Part shown: positions 37,768 through 47,705 of the stretch, piece after piece | Layout: the number at the start of each line of letters is the position of its first letter | How positions within the stretch are numbered: position 1 is the first letter of the stretch | Assembly: GCA_963665815.1 (NCBI GenBank) | Contig: OY762463.1 | Span: 2,336,001 to 2,400,000, forward strand | Direction of reading: 5' to 3' | Length of the DNA: 64,000 nt | Source of the DNA: Candidatus Cloacimonadales bacterium | Lineage (GTDB): Bacteria > Cloacimonadota > Cloacimonadia > Cloacimonadales > JAIOQZ01 | Translations under genes and position numbers: made by a program | The notes under the pieces: generated by a model | Seen by the model: the letters and a program-made list of their open reading frames with translations, nothing else | Told to the model about the DNA's origin: nothing | Database searches by the model: none

Positions 37768-38865
37768 ATGAACGTTATCATACTGAATATACTTATTGCA
37801 ACAGGTATCAGTACTTTTCTGGCAATACTTCTCGTTATAGCCGAAATGCTGTTTGCCAACTACGGTGATTGTGAGATTGAGATAAACGGTAAGAAGAAAG
37901 TTACTGTTAAAGGCGGAGGAACACTGCTTGGTGCTCTTGCAGATAACAAGATATTTGTACCTTCTGCCTGTGGTGGAAGAGGCTCGTGCGGGTTCTGTAA
38001 ATGTAAGGTGGAATCCGGCGGAGGACCTTTACTCCCAACTGAAAAACCGTTTCTGACTGCTGCAGAACAAAAAGACAGTATCAGACTATCCTGTCAGGTT
38101 AAAGTCAAAGAAGACATCAAAATAAACATACCTGAAGAGATTTTCAATATCCAGAAGTTCACTGCTGTTGTAGAAAAGATAGAAGACTATACATATGACA
38201 TTAAAGGTGTAACATTCAAGCTTATTGAGCCAAAGGAAATCAACTTCAAAGCAGGACAATATGTTCAGCTTCACACTAAGAAATACGGCAAAGTAAAACA
38301 GGTGGTTTCCAGAGCATACTCAATATCCAGCTCACCGGATTTAAAAGACAGACTTCAGCTTATTATAAGACGAGTACCTGACGGAATCTGTACAACCTAC
38401 GTGCATGATTTCCTTAAGGAAGGTGATGAAGTGAACTTTACAGGACCATACGGTGATTTCTTTATCAGAGATACAGATGCAGAGATTATTTATATTGCTG
38501 GCGGATCCGGAAAAGCTCCTATCAAATCTATGATGGACTATTTTGCGAATCATCACAGTGACAGAAGAATGGTGTATTTCTTTGGTGCTAGAACAGAACA
38601 CGATCTTTATCTGACCGACTACTTTAACGAGTTCGAGAAGAAGCTGAACTTCACTTATGTACCGGTACTCTCTCAATGTGAGAACAAAGACTGCTGGAAT
38701 GGCAGAATGGGCTATATTCCGGAACATTTCGATGATTTCCTGACTAATCCGAAGAACTCGGAAGCGTATTTATGCGGATCCCCCGGTATGATAGCTGCAG
38801 TTGAGAAAGCTCTCATAAAATCCGGTGTCCCAAAAGATAATATATACTACGACAGTTTTGCTTAA
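37768..38865 (+). CDS. nqrF: NqrF-like NADH-oxidising subunit (TM anchor, 2Fe-2S, FAD, NAD)
   Basis: SACGGRGSCGFC...RLSCQV, RAYS, GPYG, AGGSG, YLCG; ATG 37768 follows GGGAGG. Confidence 0.88.
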   Translation: MNVIILNILIATGISTFLAILLVIAEMLFANYGDCEIEINGKKKVTVKGGGTLLGALADNKIFVPSACGGRGSCGFCKCKVESGGGPLLPTEKPFLTAAEQKDSIRLSCQVKVKEDIKINIPEEIFNIQKFTAVVEKIEDYTYDIKGVTFKLIEPKEINFKAGQYVQLHTKKYGKVKQVVSRAYSISSSPDLKDRLQLIIRRVPDGICTTYVHDFLKEGDEVNFTGPYGDFFIRDTDAEIIYIAGGSGKAPIKSMMDYFANHHSDRRMVYFFGARTEHDLYLTDYFNEFEKKLNFTYVPVLSQCENKDCWNGRMGYIPEHFDDFLTNPKNSEAYLCGSPGMIAAVEKALIKSGVPKDNIYYDSFA

Positions 38866-38877
38866 AGGAGGATTACA

Positions 38878-39330
38878 ATGAAACTTACTCCAAAACAGAT
38901 TAAAATCCAGGAGAGAATGGCAGAAGGAAAAGTAACTATAGACGGATTCCTCGGGAATGATCCTCGACCATACCCTGAGATTATAGAAGATGATTTAAGA
39001 AAGCTGTCAGCTCTGGACAAAACTCAGGAAGAAATAGCTGACAGGCTCCAGTATTTCACGGATAAAGCATTTGAAAGCTATGATGGACCAATTGTTATTG
39101 ATAATATTTATAAGGTAGAATACAAGAGCTACAGGGGGAAAATGATTAGTCCATTCCTGGAAGTCGGGAGATTCTCTAAAGGTGAGATAACTCTGGAAAA
39201 CCTGGAAAATAAGGTGAAAATACATTGGACTCCATTGTCAATCCATATGATTCGAGTGCATGGTTTCTTTGAAGGCAAAGGTTCAGGACATAGAATAGAA
39301 CCCGATCAAGTCGTAAAAGCTTTGTTTTAG
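38878..39330 (+). CDS. Hypothetical protein co-transcribed with the nqr-like operon
   Basis: 150-aa ORF with AGGAGG RBS, 12 bp after nqrF. Confidence 0.75.
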   Translation: MKLTPKQIKIQERMAEGKVTIDGFLGNDPRPYPEIIEDDLRKLSALDKTQEEIADRLQYFTDKAFESYDGPIVIDNIYKVEYKSYRGKMISPFLEVGRFSKGEITLENLENKVKIHWTPLSIHMIRVHGFFEGKGSGHRIEPDQVVKALF

Positions 39331-39342
39331 GGGGAGGATTAT

Positions 39343-39855
39343 ATGAAATCGCTTAAGGAACAAAAAGCTATAGCTGCGGTATGCGGTTTATATTGTGGAG
39401 CATGTTCAGCCTATATTGCAACAAAGGAAGATCCGGCAAGACTGACTCAACTGGCAGGCATGTTCGGTTGCAGTGAAGAAGATGTAAAATGCCATGGCTG
39501 TCGTGGAGATATAAGAGGCTCATACTGTTCTCAGTGCCGTATGGTGCAATGTGCCGAGGAACGCGGAATAGATTTTTGCTCGCAATGCAGTGAATACCCC
39601 TGCGATGTGATTAAGGAATTTCAGGCGCAGGCACCACACAGAAATGAGTTGTGGGAAGATCTGGCAAGGATCAGAGAAGTCGGCTATGAAAAATGGCTGG
39701 AAGAAGTTAAAGAGAAGTACACCTGTAGTGATTGCGGAACTGTTAACTCTGCGTATGATCTTGTCTGCAGGAAATGCGGAGCTGATCCATCCTCGGAATA
39801 CACAAAAAAGCACAAAGACAGTATTATCTCAGCTTTGACGATGTTTGGGAAGTAG
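39343..39855 (+). CDS. Cys-rich DUF3795-like protein with C-terminal zinc ribbon
   Basis: CGLYCGAC, CHGCR, C..C..EYPC and C-terminal CSDC...CRKC. Confidence 0.8.
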   Translation: MKSLKEQKAIAAVCGLYCGACSAYIATKEDPARLTQLAGMFGCSEEDVKCHGCRGDIRGSYCSQCRMVQCAEERGIDFCSQCSEYPCDVIKEFQAQAPHRNELWEDLARIREVGYEKWLEEVKEKYTCSDCGTVNSAYDLVCRKCGADPSSEYTKKHKDSIISALTMFGK

Positions 39856-39872
39856 AAAATACTGAGGGTGCG

Positions 39873-42056
39873 ATGAAAATTAAAACAGGATTATGGTTAC
39901 TTCTGATAGTAATTATCTTGAATACGGGTTGCAAGCCTGATTCACCCAAACTTAAAGAGGATAGGCATTTTGAGATTCAGGTTAATGATTATAGCATTTT
40001 GAATCATTCAAAGTATAAGGATAAAAAGAAATTTGATAATATCATTGAATTAAAAGAATCTCCCTACTCAGTGAAACATGGAAATAAAAATGATCATAAT
40101 GGTACGTTGAACTCTTACTCTAAATTATCTATTTCCCTTGATGGAAAAATATATCTTCTTTCAAGTTATGGACATCTATATAAAACAAGTGGAATTGACT
40201 CAGTCTGGACTTCTCTTAATTCCCTCCCTCGACAAAATCCCAATAGTGATCAAAGATATAACCAAACTTATTGTACTGATATAACGTTTTGTACTGATAA
40301 TATTGCTCTGGTGACCGGAAGATTAGCTGTAAATGAAGGGTTTGGTATATACCGAACTGAAGATAATTGTAAATCCTGGGAATATTTGGAGTTGTCAGGA
40401 GAAGAAGAGCTCTTTGCAATACATATTACGGAGAACCGTAGAATCTGGTTGGGTGGTTCTTCCGGTAAGATATACTATTCTGATGATCTAGGTGAAACAT
40501 TTGATATAATAGAAAACAAAACAATAGCTGATCAGTGGGTAATGAGTATCTATATGACAGATAAATCAAATGGTGTTCTTGCAACTACAGAAAACTTTTA
40601 CTCAACTACTGACAACTGGAAAACAGCAGAATTAATATCTCCAAGACCTTACGGTCAAAGAAAAAATGAACTGAAAACGAATTTACTATATCCAGGTAAC
40701 TATAAAATTGCTGTTTGGAAAGATTATGTTATTGCAAGAACAGCAAAGGGAATCTTAAGCAAAACAATCAATACAATAACTGGTGATTGTACATGGGAAG
40801 AATTCCCTGAAAAGATAGAGGATTTTAGTATTTGTGATAATTCTGGAAAGTTGTACGGGATATGTAGAGACGAAGGCTTATTCAGGTTTCCAGATCAGAT
40901 TTATATAGTCGAATATTCATCTCCAACTGAATGCAATAGCATCAAGAAAATAGTTGATTCAGAATACATCAAAGATATTGAAGTTTGTAGTGATGAGTTA
41001 TATATTCTGGATAATTCAGGTTTAATGGAAATTACTTCCGAAAAAAAAATACCTTCTCAGATGATTCTTAAAGGTAAAACTATTGATCCATATAATAGAA
41101 ATATTCGAATATCAGATGCCGGCATAAAGTATGGATCTGACCACAATAATCTGTATTGTTTCGATGAAGCTGTAAATGACTGGTACAGAGTATGTGCAAC
41201 AACCTTTAATATCAATAGCTTCAAAATCCTCTCAGACAAGCAGATTGCACTTTCTGATGGCAGTAATTATTATCTTTATTCTCCGGATAAGGATTATCTA
41301 GAGGACTACACCTACGAAAAACCTTTAACAGATTTCCTGAAATTTCCGGTAACATCTATGAAAATTAAAGGTGAATATCATGGTTGCTGGGATGAAATTA
41401 TATCTTACATTGAATTCAAGAGAGAAGATGGAAAACTTATTTCTGTGAAATACACGAATAATAAACATAAAAGCGATTCAATAATTGAATTCAAACACCA
41501 GATAGAAACAGAAACACTGAATAATGTTTTACACTCAATCAATAAGGAACCAGACAATATCTCAGAGCCCAGAGATTTCAATTTCACACAAGAGCATATT
41601 GATTGTTATCTGAAATTTGTTAGAGAAAATGATTATATGTGTATTCCAGAAGACTTCTATTGTAAAGTCCCTTCAATACTTGATACGGTTAACTCGGATC
41701 TTTTTAAACATATTTTGTCATACTTTAGAGAATCACCTGTCAATAATCATCCACTTAATCTAAAAATAGTAATTTTTAATCAGGTAGATGACTCAATTGA
41801 GATAAAAGCTGCAATCAATGATTCAGATATAGCCTGGGGCTTCCCCTGGTCTATTGAGTACAATAGCATGAGGTTTCTGAATCTAGACATTGAACTTTCC
41901 AGATTTATTAATAGCTGTTTGCCCGATGATTTTCCAAGTAAACAATTTGCTGAATTCAATTACCTTTTTAAAGAAATAGGGGATTACTTTAATTGGGTAA
42001 ATGGTGTAAGTGAAAAATATTTCAAAAAATTGAAAGATGAGGAAGCTAACAGGTAA
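39873..42056 (+). CDS. Putative lipoprotein with BNR/Asp-box (YCF48-like) beta-propeller
   Basis: Lipobox NTGC; YRTEDNCKSW, YSDDLGETF and STTDNWKT Asp-box repeats. Confidence 0.65.
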   Translation: MKIKTGLWLLLIVIILNTGCKPDSPKLKEDRHFEIQVNDYSILNHSKYKDKKKFDNIIELKESPYSVKHGNKNDHNGTLNSYSKLSISLDGKIYLLSSYGHLYKTSGIDSVWTSLNSLPRQNPNSDQRYNQTYCTDITFCTDNIALVTGRLAVNEGFGIYRTEDNCKSWEYLELSGEEELFAIHITENRRIWLGGSSGKIYYSDDLGETFDIIENKTIADQWVMSIYMTDKSNGVLATTENFYSTTDNWKTAELISPRPYGQRKNELKTNLLYPGNYKIAVWKDYVIARTAKGILSKTINTITGDCTWEEFPEKIEDFSICDNSGKLYGICRDEGLFRFPDQIYIVEYSSPTECNSIKKIVDSEYIKDIEVCSDELYILDNSGLMEITSEKKIPSQMILKGKTIDPYNRNIRISDAGIKYGSDHNNLYCFDEAVNDWYRVCATTFNINSFKILSDKQIALSDGSNYYLYSPDKDYLEDYTYEKPLTDFLKFPVTSMKIKGEYHGCWDEIISYIEFKREDGKLISVKYTNNKHKSDSIIEFKHQIETETLNNVLHSINKEPDNISEPRDFNFTQEHIDCYLKFVRENDYMCIPEDFYCKVPSILDTVNSDLFKHILSYFRESPVNNHPLNLKIVIFNQVDDSIEIKAAINDSDIAWGFPWSIEYNSMRFLNLDIELSRFINSCLPDDFPSKQFAEFNYLFKEIGDYFNWVNGVSEKYFKKLKDEEANR

Positions 42057-42081
42057 TATTTTCTTCAGTAGAATAATATTC

Positions 42082-42432
42082 CTACAACTTCACTCCAAAA
42101 TGACCTAGAACTGCAATAAGGATAAAATAGAGAACTACAGTCCCTGCAGAAGCGATCAGCATGGACAGATAGAAGTTGATGTTCAGTTTCAGCATCAGGG
42201 GCAGGATAACAAAGAATGCCAGAGACGGCAGCACCATCCAGAAAACACCGATCGATAACTGACTGACCTGTTTAACATCTTTTGTGTCATGATACAACCA
42301 TAATATTGCCAGAACAGACACTAATGGCAGGGATGCCAGTATTGCACCCAGCAGGGAGCTGCGTTTGGATATCTCGGATATTGCTACAATCAATACTGAG
42401 GAAATCAGTAATTTTATTATATAATACCACAT
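42082..42432 (-). CDS. DUF3147 family small membrane protein
   Basis: SEISKRSSLLGAILASLPLVS and FWMVLPSL; ATG 42432 follows AAGGAG. Confidence 0.8.
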   Translation of the reverse strand: MWYYIIKLLISSVLIVAISEISKRSSLLGAILASLPLVSVLAILWLYHDTKDVKQVSQLSIGVFWMVLPSLAFFVILPLMLKLNINFYLSMLIASAGTVVLYFILIAVLGHFGVKL

Positions 42433-42844
42433 TGTTGTCTCCTTCGGAATATAAGTCATTCTATTTACATCAATTGACAAAGCTTATTTATTGAGTATTG
42501 GACAAAACAGATGTACAAAATGTCAAGAAGAGAGAAAAAAAGACAAGATAATTAAAGTTAGTTTTTCTTATAATTCTGATCATACTCTGCCTATTACAAA
42601 CAGGCTTCTTTACTCAATTCAATGGAAAATGGAAAGAAATCATAATTTCTGACTACACAATAAAACAAATATTAAGAACTAAAAGAAGTCATATTTATTC
42701 TATGAAGGTCTTATCTTCATTTGCAAGGTCTTTTTGTGTTTCAGGAAAGGGCTGAATAGATTTTCTGATTTATTTTCTTGACTGGAAACAGATTGCATAT
42801 TCTCATTTACTTAATCTTTATTATTGAACATTATAGGAGAAGCT

Positions 42845-43402
42845 ATGAATAAGGTGGTATTAGCACTTTTAGGGGCGATAGTGTTGTTATTGGGAGGATG
42901 TGCAGGAAAGAATGATTCCTTTTTAAGTCCCAGCAATGAAGCCAATATATGTTATTTCATGGAGTTTCATGATGATGAAGGATATACAACATCATATCTC
43001 GGTGTTCCTCCGAACGACTGGGAACCGAATTATAAAGAAGAAACCAGATCAACAGCATATTACGATTTCACAAAGATTGTGATCAATCTCAACAATGATA
43101 AATTGAGAGCAATAAAACCAAGTGAGACAACAATAGTAATAGAGAATGCTTACCCAAGCGAATACATTAATATGCAGCTTGGGAATTTCTTTGACCTGTC
43201 GAATATGACAAGATATGTTGTAAAAACCTTGAAGTCTACGGGTCATCAGCTTGTCTGGAACGGATGTAATGAAGAAGGAGAAATCTGCCCTACCGGATTT
43301 TACAAATATACAATATATTATGATGATCGTTCCAGTTCAGATTTTGCATTGCTGATTGATCAGGATGGAATACCGGGCTGGGATCCGGAACAACAGAAAT
43401 AG
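42845..43402 (+). CDS. Lipoprotein with FlgD-Ig-like domain
   Basis: Lipobox LGGC; VKTL...WNGCNEEG...GFY pattern; ATG follows AGGAG. Confidence 0.65.
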   Translation: MNKVVLALLGAIVLLLGGCAGKNDSFLSPSNEANICYFMEFHDDEGYTTSYLGVPPNDWEPNYKEETRSTAYYDFTKIVINLNNDKLRAIKPSETTIVIENAYPSEYINMQLGNFFDLSNMTRYVVKTLKSTGHQLVWNGCNEEGEICPTGFYKYTIYYDDRSSSDFALLIDQDGIPGWDPEQQK

Positions 43403-43516
43403 GTTCTGTGATCCAGAAAACAGTGCTGATTTATAATATATAATCTTTTTAACACAGTTAAGAGTGCATTTTGTGTTACATTATAAAGTACAACTCGTTA
43501 TTATCAAAGGAATAAC

Positions 43517-44461
43517 ATGAAAAAACTATATCTATTTGTAATCTTTTTGAAAATCACGATTCTGATAAGTGCTCAAAATTCTCTATTTGTGCTGGGAGGT
43601 AAAGAATACAGGATTGAAGAATTTCCTGTTGTTCTGGACAGTTTGGCAAAAGTTATAATAGATAGTAAAGAGTCTGACAATCTGATCCTTTTTATTCATG
43701 GTCATGGCAATCAGCCTGACAAAGCTGTAAACAGAAGACTGCCTGTGATGGAAAAAGATTATTCTGCAAAAGTTATTGTGTTTCATTGGCCAAGCTGGGA
43801 TGAAAACTTCGTATATCCTGAGAAACAGGCAATTCTGGCAGGCAGAGATCTGGAAAAAGTTTTCAGGAATCTTAAGGAATTTAAAACCAGAAATCCTGAA
43901 GTATACAAAAAAATCAATCCGGTACTGCTTACCCACAGCATGGGAGGATATGTTCTGAAGGCTTGCATTGAGGCCACTGACAGAAAAGCTTATTCCAATA
44001 TCTTCAATAACATTCTGATTAATTCTCCTGATGTTGATACACAGGATCATTATGTCTGGGTAGATGCAATATCTGAAAGCAAAAATGTATATATTACTTA
44101 CAATAAATATGATCCTGTGCTTCAGAGTTCAGCAAGAACATTCAACAATAAAATTAGACTTGGTCAGAAGTTGGAATCAATATTCAATGGGAAATACAGG
44201 CTTTCTGAAAAAGCAGTGTATCTGAATCTTTCCGAACTTGGATTTGTTCATAAAAGCTATATGCCGGAAAGCCAACAGGGCAATAAATATCTTGAACAGT
44301 TCTATTGTAAAGCTCTCAATGGTGATTATATAAAGCTTAAAGAGAAATACGGATTTTTGAAAACCGAAGATAAGCAGGTCTACCTTATAAAAAGCGATAG
44401 AAAACCAATCTTCTCATTTATGGATGATAATAAAGATGAGGAAAAGAAAAAAGTTAACTAG
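43517..44461 (+). CDS. Secreted alpha/beta hydrolase (DUF900-like)
   Basis: LFIHGH, FHWPS, THSMG nucleophile elbow, PDVD, RLGQ. Confidence 0.8.
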   Translation: MKKLYLFVIFLKITILISAQNSLFVLGGKEYRIEEFPVVLDSLAKVIIDSKESDNLILFIHGHGNQPDKAVNRRLPVMEKDYSAKVIVFHWPSWDENFVYPEKQAILAGRDLEKVFRNLKEFKTRNPEVYKKINPVLLTHSMGGYVLKACIEATDRKAYSNIFNNILINSPDVDTQDHYVWVDAISESKNVYITYNKYDPVLQSSARTFNNKIRLGQKLESIFNGKYRLSEKAVYLNLSELGFVHKSYMPESQQGNKYLEQFYCKALNGDYIKLKEKYGFLKTEDKQVYLIKSDRKPIFSFMDDNKDEEKKKVN

Positions 44462-44616
44462 GATAAAACAAATCCAGACTTGACATTATAAATAAACTTG
44501 AAATTTTAGAGTATGCTGAAATCTATTTGGGGATAGATAAAAGCATGCTAAATCTTTTTCACTATATTTTTTAGAAGTTGTAGTGAATAAGAAATGTTAT
44601 TTGTTTAGGGGAACAA

Positions 44617-45555
44617 ATGAGAAATTTTATACTATTAGTACTATTGAGCTTTATTCTTTTTTCATGCATTAAAGAATCAGCTGACAGCAATCCTTTACAA
44701 TCTGAAATTTCCAGAAATTATCTTAATGACGCATTGAAGTTAAATATCAGCAATATTGATTCACTTGTTAATGCATATAAAGAAAAAGATTATCCTTTTG
44801 TCATTTATAATGGAGTGCCGGTTGAAACAGTTTTTGCTGATTCAATTGCATTCCTGAGTCGCAATGACACTCTTGTTTTCCATCCTTTACTGACTGCAAT
44901 CTGCGTTATCACTTTATATACGAGATATCATGAAGATGGTGATGAAAATGATAGAAAAGTGTTGCTTAAGAATCTTCAGTATCTGGAGGAAAATCTTACT
45001 GAAGAATTCTATTGTGAGTACAATTTCCCTATCTGGGAAACACATTGTGCAAATGCTCCATGGATAAGTGGATTGGCTCAGGGGGAAATATGTACAGCTT
45101 TTTGCAGGGGATACCTTCTTACAGGTGATGAACGTTATCTGGAAATTGCGAAAAAAATCCTTCGAACATTGATTACGAATAGCGAAGAGTATTGGTGCGT
45201 TTATACAGATCCGAATAATTATTACTGGATTGAGGAATACCCTAATCCTGACAAATGTCATGTTTTAAATGGAATGATGTTTGCACTTTGGGGAGTATGG
45301 GAATATTACACAATAACTGAAGATAATGATGCAAAGGATATTCTTCTGGCAGGATTACGATCAATTGCTGATCATTGTTGTACTTTCTGGATTGATGATA
45401 ATCTCAGATATTCAAAATACTGTAAACATGGAGAAGCTTCTGCTGCATACCACAGGCTTCATTTCAAGCTGTTCAAAGCTTTTTACGATCAATTCAAAAT
45501 ACCTGAGTTCAATACAGCTTATGAATTATACTACAATATGTATTATCATCCTTGA
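44617..45555 (+). CDS. D-glucuronyl C5-epimerase-like lipoprotein
   Basis: Lipobox LFSC; PWISGLAQG, WIEEYP..HVLNGMMFALWG and YHRLH motifs. Confidence 0.8.
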   Translation: MRNFILLVLLSFILFSCIKESADSNPLQSEISRNYLNDALKLNISNIDSLVNAYKEKDYPFVIYNGVPVETVFADSIAFLSRNDTLVFHPLLTAICVITLYTRYHEDGDENDRKVLLKNLQYLEENLTEEFYCEYNFPIWETHCANAPWISGLAQGEICTAFCRGYLLTGDERYLEIAKKILRTLITNSEEYWCVYTDPNNYYWIEEYPNPDKCHVLNGMMFALWGVWEYYTITEDNDAKDILLAGLRSIADHCCTFWIDDNLRYSKYCKHGEASAAYHRLHFKLFKAFYDQFKIPEFNTAYELYYNMYYHP

Positions 45556-45673
45556 AATTAAGTCGATGTGTTCATTATATTTCTTGTATGATGTGGCTTC
45601 AATTGCAGTTTCGCTTGACTGAATTAACGAATTTTCATCAACTATATCAAAGTAATTATCGAGGACATAATTT

Positions 45674-45841
45674 ATGAATGATAAAGAATATCTAAAAATG
45701 TTAATGAATGGAATATTTCAGGATGCAGGTCGTGACTCCTGGGGATGCCTGAAAAAGCTCATTGAATGGATTGCTTTTATTATACTGTGCATTATTGTAT
45801 TCGCAGCTTATGTGTGGATAAGGTTCGGTCGCCTAATTTGA
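45674..45841 (+). CDS. Small membrane protein (55 aa), absent from the ORF track
   Basis: GAGGA RBS; MNDKEYLKMLMNGIFQDAGRDSWGCLKKLIEWIAFIILCIIVFAAYVWIRFGRLI with one TM helix; fills the gap up to the fucosidase stop. Confidence 0.6.
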   Translation: MNDKEYLKMLMNGIFQDAGRDSWGCLKKLIEWIAFIILCIIVFAAYVWIRFGRLI

Positions 45842-47623
45842 TTACCTGTGTAAATCTATCTCTCCCTTCAACTGAACTGCAATAACGGTCACATATTCAT
45901 CAAGTGTGTCTTCAGGTACATCAATATAGACTATGCCGGGGACTTCACTCCAGTACAGCTTGTTAAAGACTTTATGCTGAAGTTTTACTCCTGTTCCTAC
46001 GACACGTATTCTGTTGATTGAATTTTTGATTCCCTTAAGTACTACAGGTCCATTGGGTTTACCATTAAGATATAAATACAGAATATCCCGGTTTTCAGAT
46101 AAGGATGTTCTACCGTTAAAATGACCCTCAGGAATACCTTTTTCAGGATTCATCAAGACCTCAAAGTGCTTCTCTTTCCATTCTCCGAAACCTTTTTCAG
46201 AATAATCACCATATTCTTCGGAAGTTCCTGATGTTAATTTATCTACAAGCTGGTTTACATATACATCATTAATATCAACGTCATTGTTTGTAAAAGATGT
46301 GAGATAATAATCTTCATTAACTGATAAATCCTCTATTAGTTTGATTTCCTCGTTCAATTCAATACATACAACAGTAATCTGTGAATCATAACAATCTTCA
46401 GGAAGTTTCATGTATAATGTTTTATTAGCAGTTTCACCTTCTTTTTCCCATTTTACACCGGAAGAGTTACCTACAACATACACATCTTTCACGTTATTGT
46501 CTAAGCCTTTCACTCTCAGAAGCCCATCAGAGGAATCATGTACAAAAAGATAGAGTTTCTTTCTGTCCTTTGACAATGTGGAGGGATAACAGGTGTGATT
46601 TGTGTTTATTCCTTCAGTGCTTTCAAAAACTGCTTCATGGTGCTTGGTATTCCATCTGGCGAGTTCTTTAAGTATTTCTAACTGCTCATCCGGAATAGTT
46701 CCATCTTCCTTGGGGCCTATATCAAGAAGAAGGTTCCCCCCCATTGATATACAATCCACAAAAATCCTCAATATCTGATATGGTGTTTTATAATTTGTGT
46801 CATGGTGTTGAAATCCCCAGGAATCATTCATTGTCATACACAATTCCCAGTAGCGATTATCCGGTTTAACAACAGGAACACCCTGTTCCGGAGTATCATA
46901 ATCACCATAACCGGCAAGACGGGAATTCACGATCACATCAGGGTTCCACTTAAGCAGTTTTACTTTGAGATCTTTTGCTTTCCAGGCTTCTGCACTCTGT
47001 TCCCAGTCACCGTCAAACCAGAACAGATCCGGCTTGAAATTCTTTGACAGTTCTTCGATCTGTCCCTGATAGAAATCAACAAATTTATTCCATCTGACCG
47101 GATCATATTTATAGCGTTTCTCCGTTATGGTAAAATTGGGATAGTTTTCATCAGACCAGTCTATAAGTGAGTAATACAGCCCTATTTTGATTCCCTGCTT
47201 TCTCATTGCATTGCAGAACGGAGTCACAAGGTCTTTACCTGCAAGAGTTCTGTCTTTAGTGTTAAGATCACTGAGTTTCGTATCCCATAAAGCTACACCG
47301 TCATGATGCTTAGTGGTTAACACAGCATATCCTGCACCGGTAGACTTTATCAGTTTTGCCCAATCCTCGGGATTATAGTTTGCAGCTGTAAATCTGATAG
47401 ATTGATTCATATATCTGTTGTACGAGATATAGTTATTATAAAAAGACCAGGATTCATCAATGCCGTCAACAGCGTAAATCCCCCAGTGTATAAATATCCC
47501 CAGCTTTGCATTTTCAAACCATTCCATTCTTTTCATATAGCTTTCCTCTTCAGATTGCTTTTCTGCACACAGACAATTTGCAGAAATTGTTAAAATTATC
47601 AGACTTATATATAGTACTTTCAT
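45842..47623 (-). CDS. Alpha-L-fucosidase (GH29) with duplicated C-terminal module
   Basis: WFENAKLGIFIHWG, TTKHHDG, WFDG nucleophile, WELCMTMNDSWG, NLLLDIGP. Confidence 0.92.
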   Translation of the reverse strand: MKVLYISLIILTISANCLCAEKQSEEESYMKRMEWFENAKLGIFIHWGIYAVDGIDESWSFYNNYISYNRYMNQSIRFTAANYNPEDWAKLIKSTGAGYAVLTTKHHDGVALWDTKLSDLNTKDRTLAGKDLVTPFCNAMRKQGIKIGLYYSLIDWSDENYPNFTITEKRYKYDPVRWNKFVDFYQGQIEELSKNFKPDLFWFDGDWEQSAEAWKAKDLKVKLLKWNPDVIVNSRLAGYGDYDTPEQGVPVVKPDNRYWELCMTMNDSWGFQHHDTNYKTPYQILRIFVDCISMGGNLLLDIGPKEDGTIPDEQLEILKELARWNTKHHEAVFESTEGINTNHTCYPSTLSKDRKKLYLFVHDSSDGLLRVKGLDNNVKDVYVVGNSSGVKWEKEGETANKTLYMKLPEDCYDSQITVVCIELNEEIKLIEDLSVNEDYYLTSFTNNDVDINDVYVNQLVDKLTSGTSEEYGDYSEKGFGEWKEKHFEVLMNPEKGIPEGHFNGRTSLSENRDILYLYLNGKPNGPVVLKGIKNSINRIRVVGTGVKLQHKVFNKLYWSEVPGIVYIDVPEDTLDEYVTVIAVQLKGEIDLHR

Positions 47624-47705
47624 AGATATCCCCTGAATCTGTATTTAGTAATTTATATTATTGATAGTTGTTGTATGTCAAAGAAAAACTTATTTGATTA
47701 CATAA

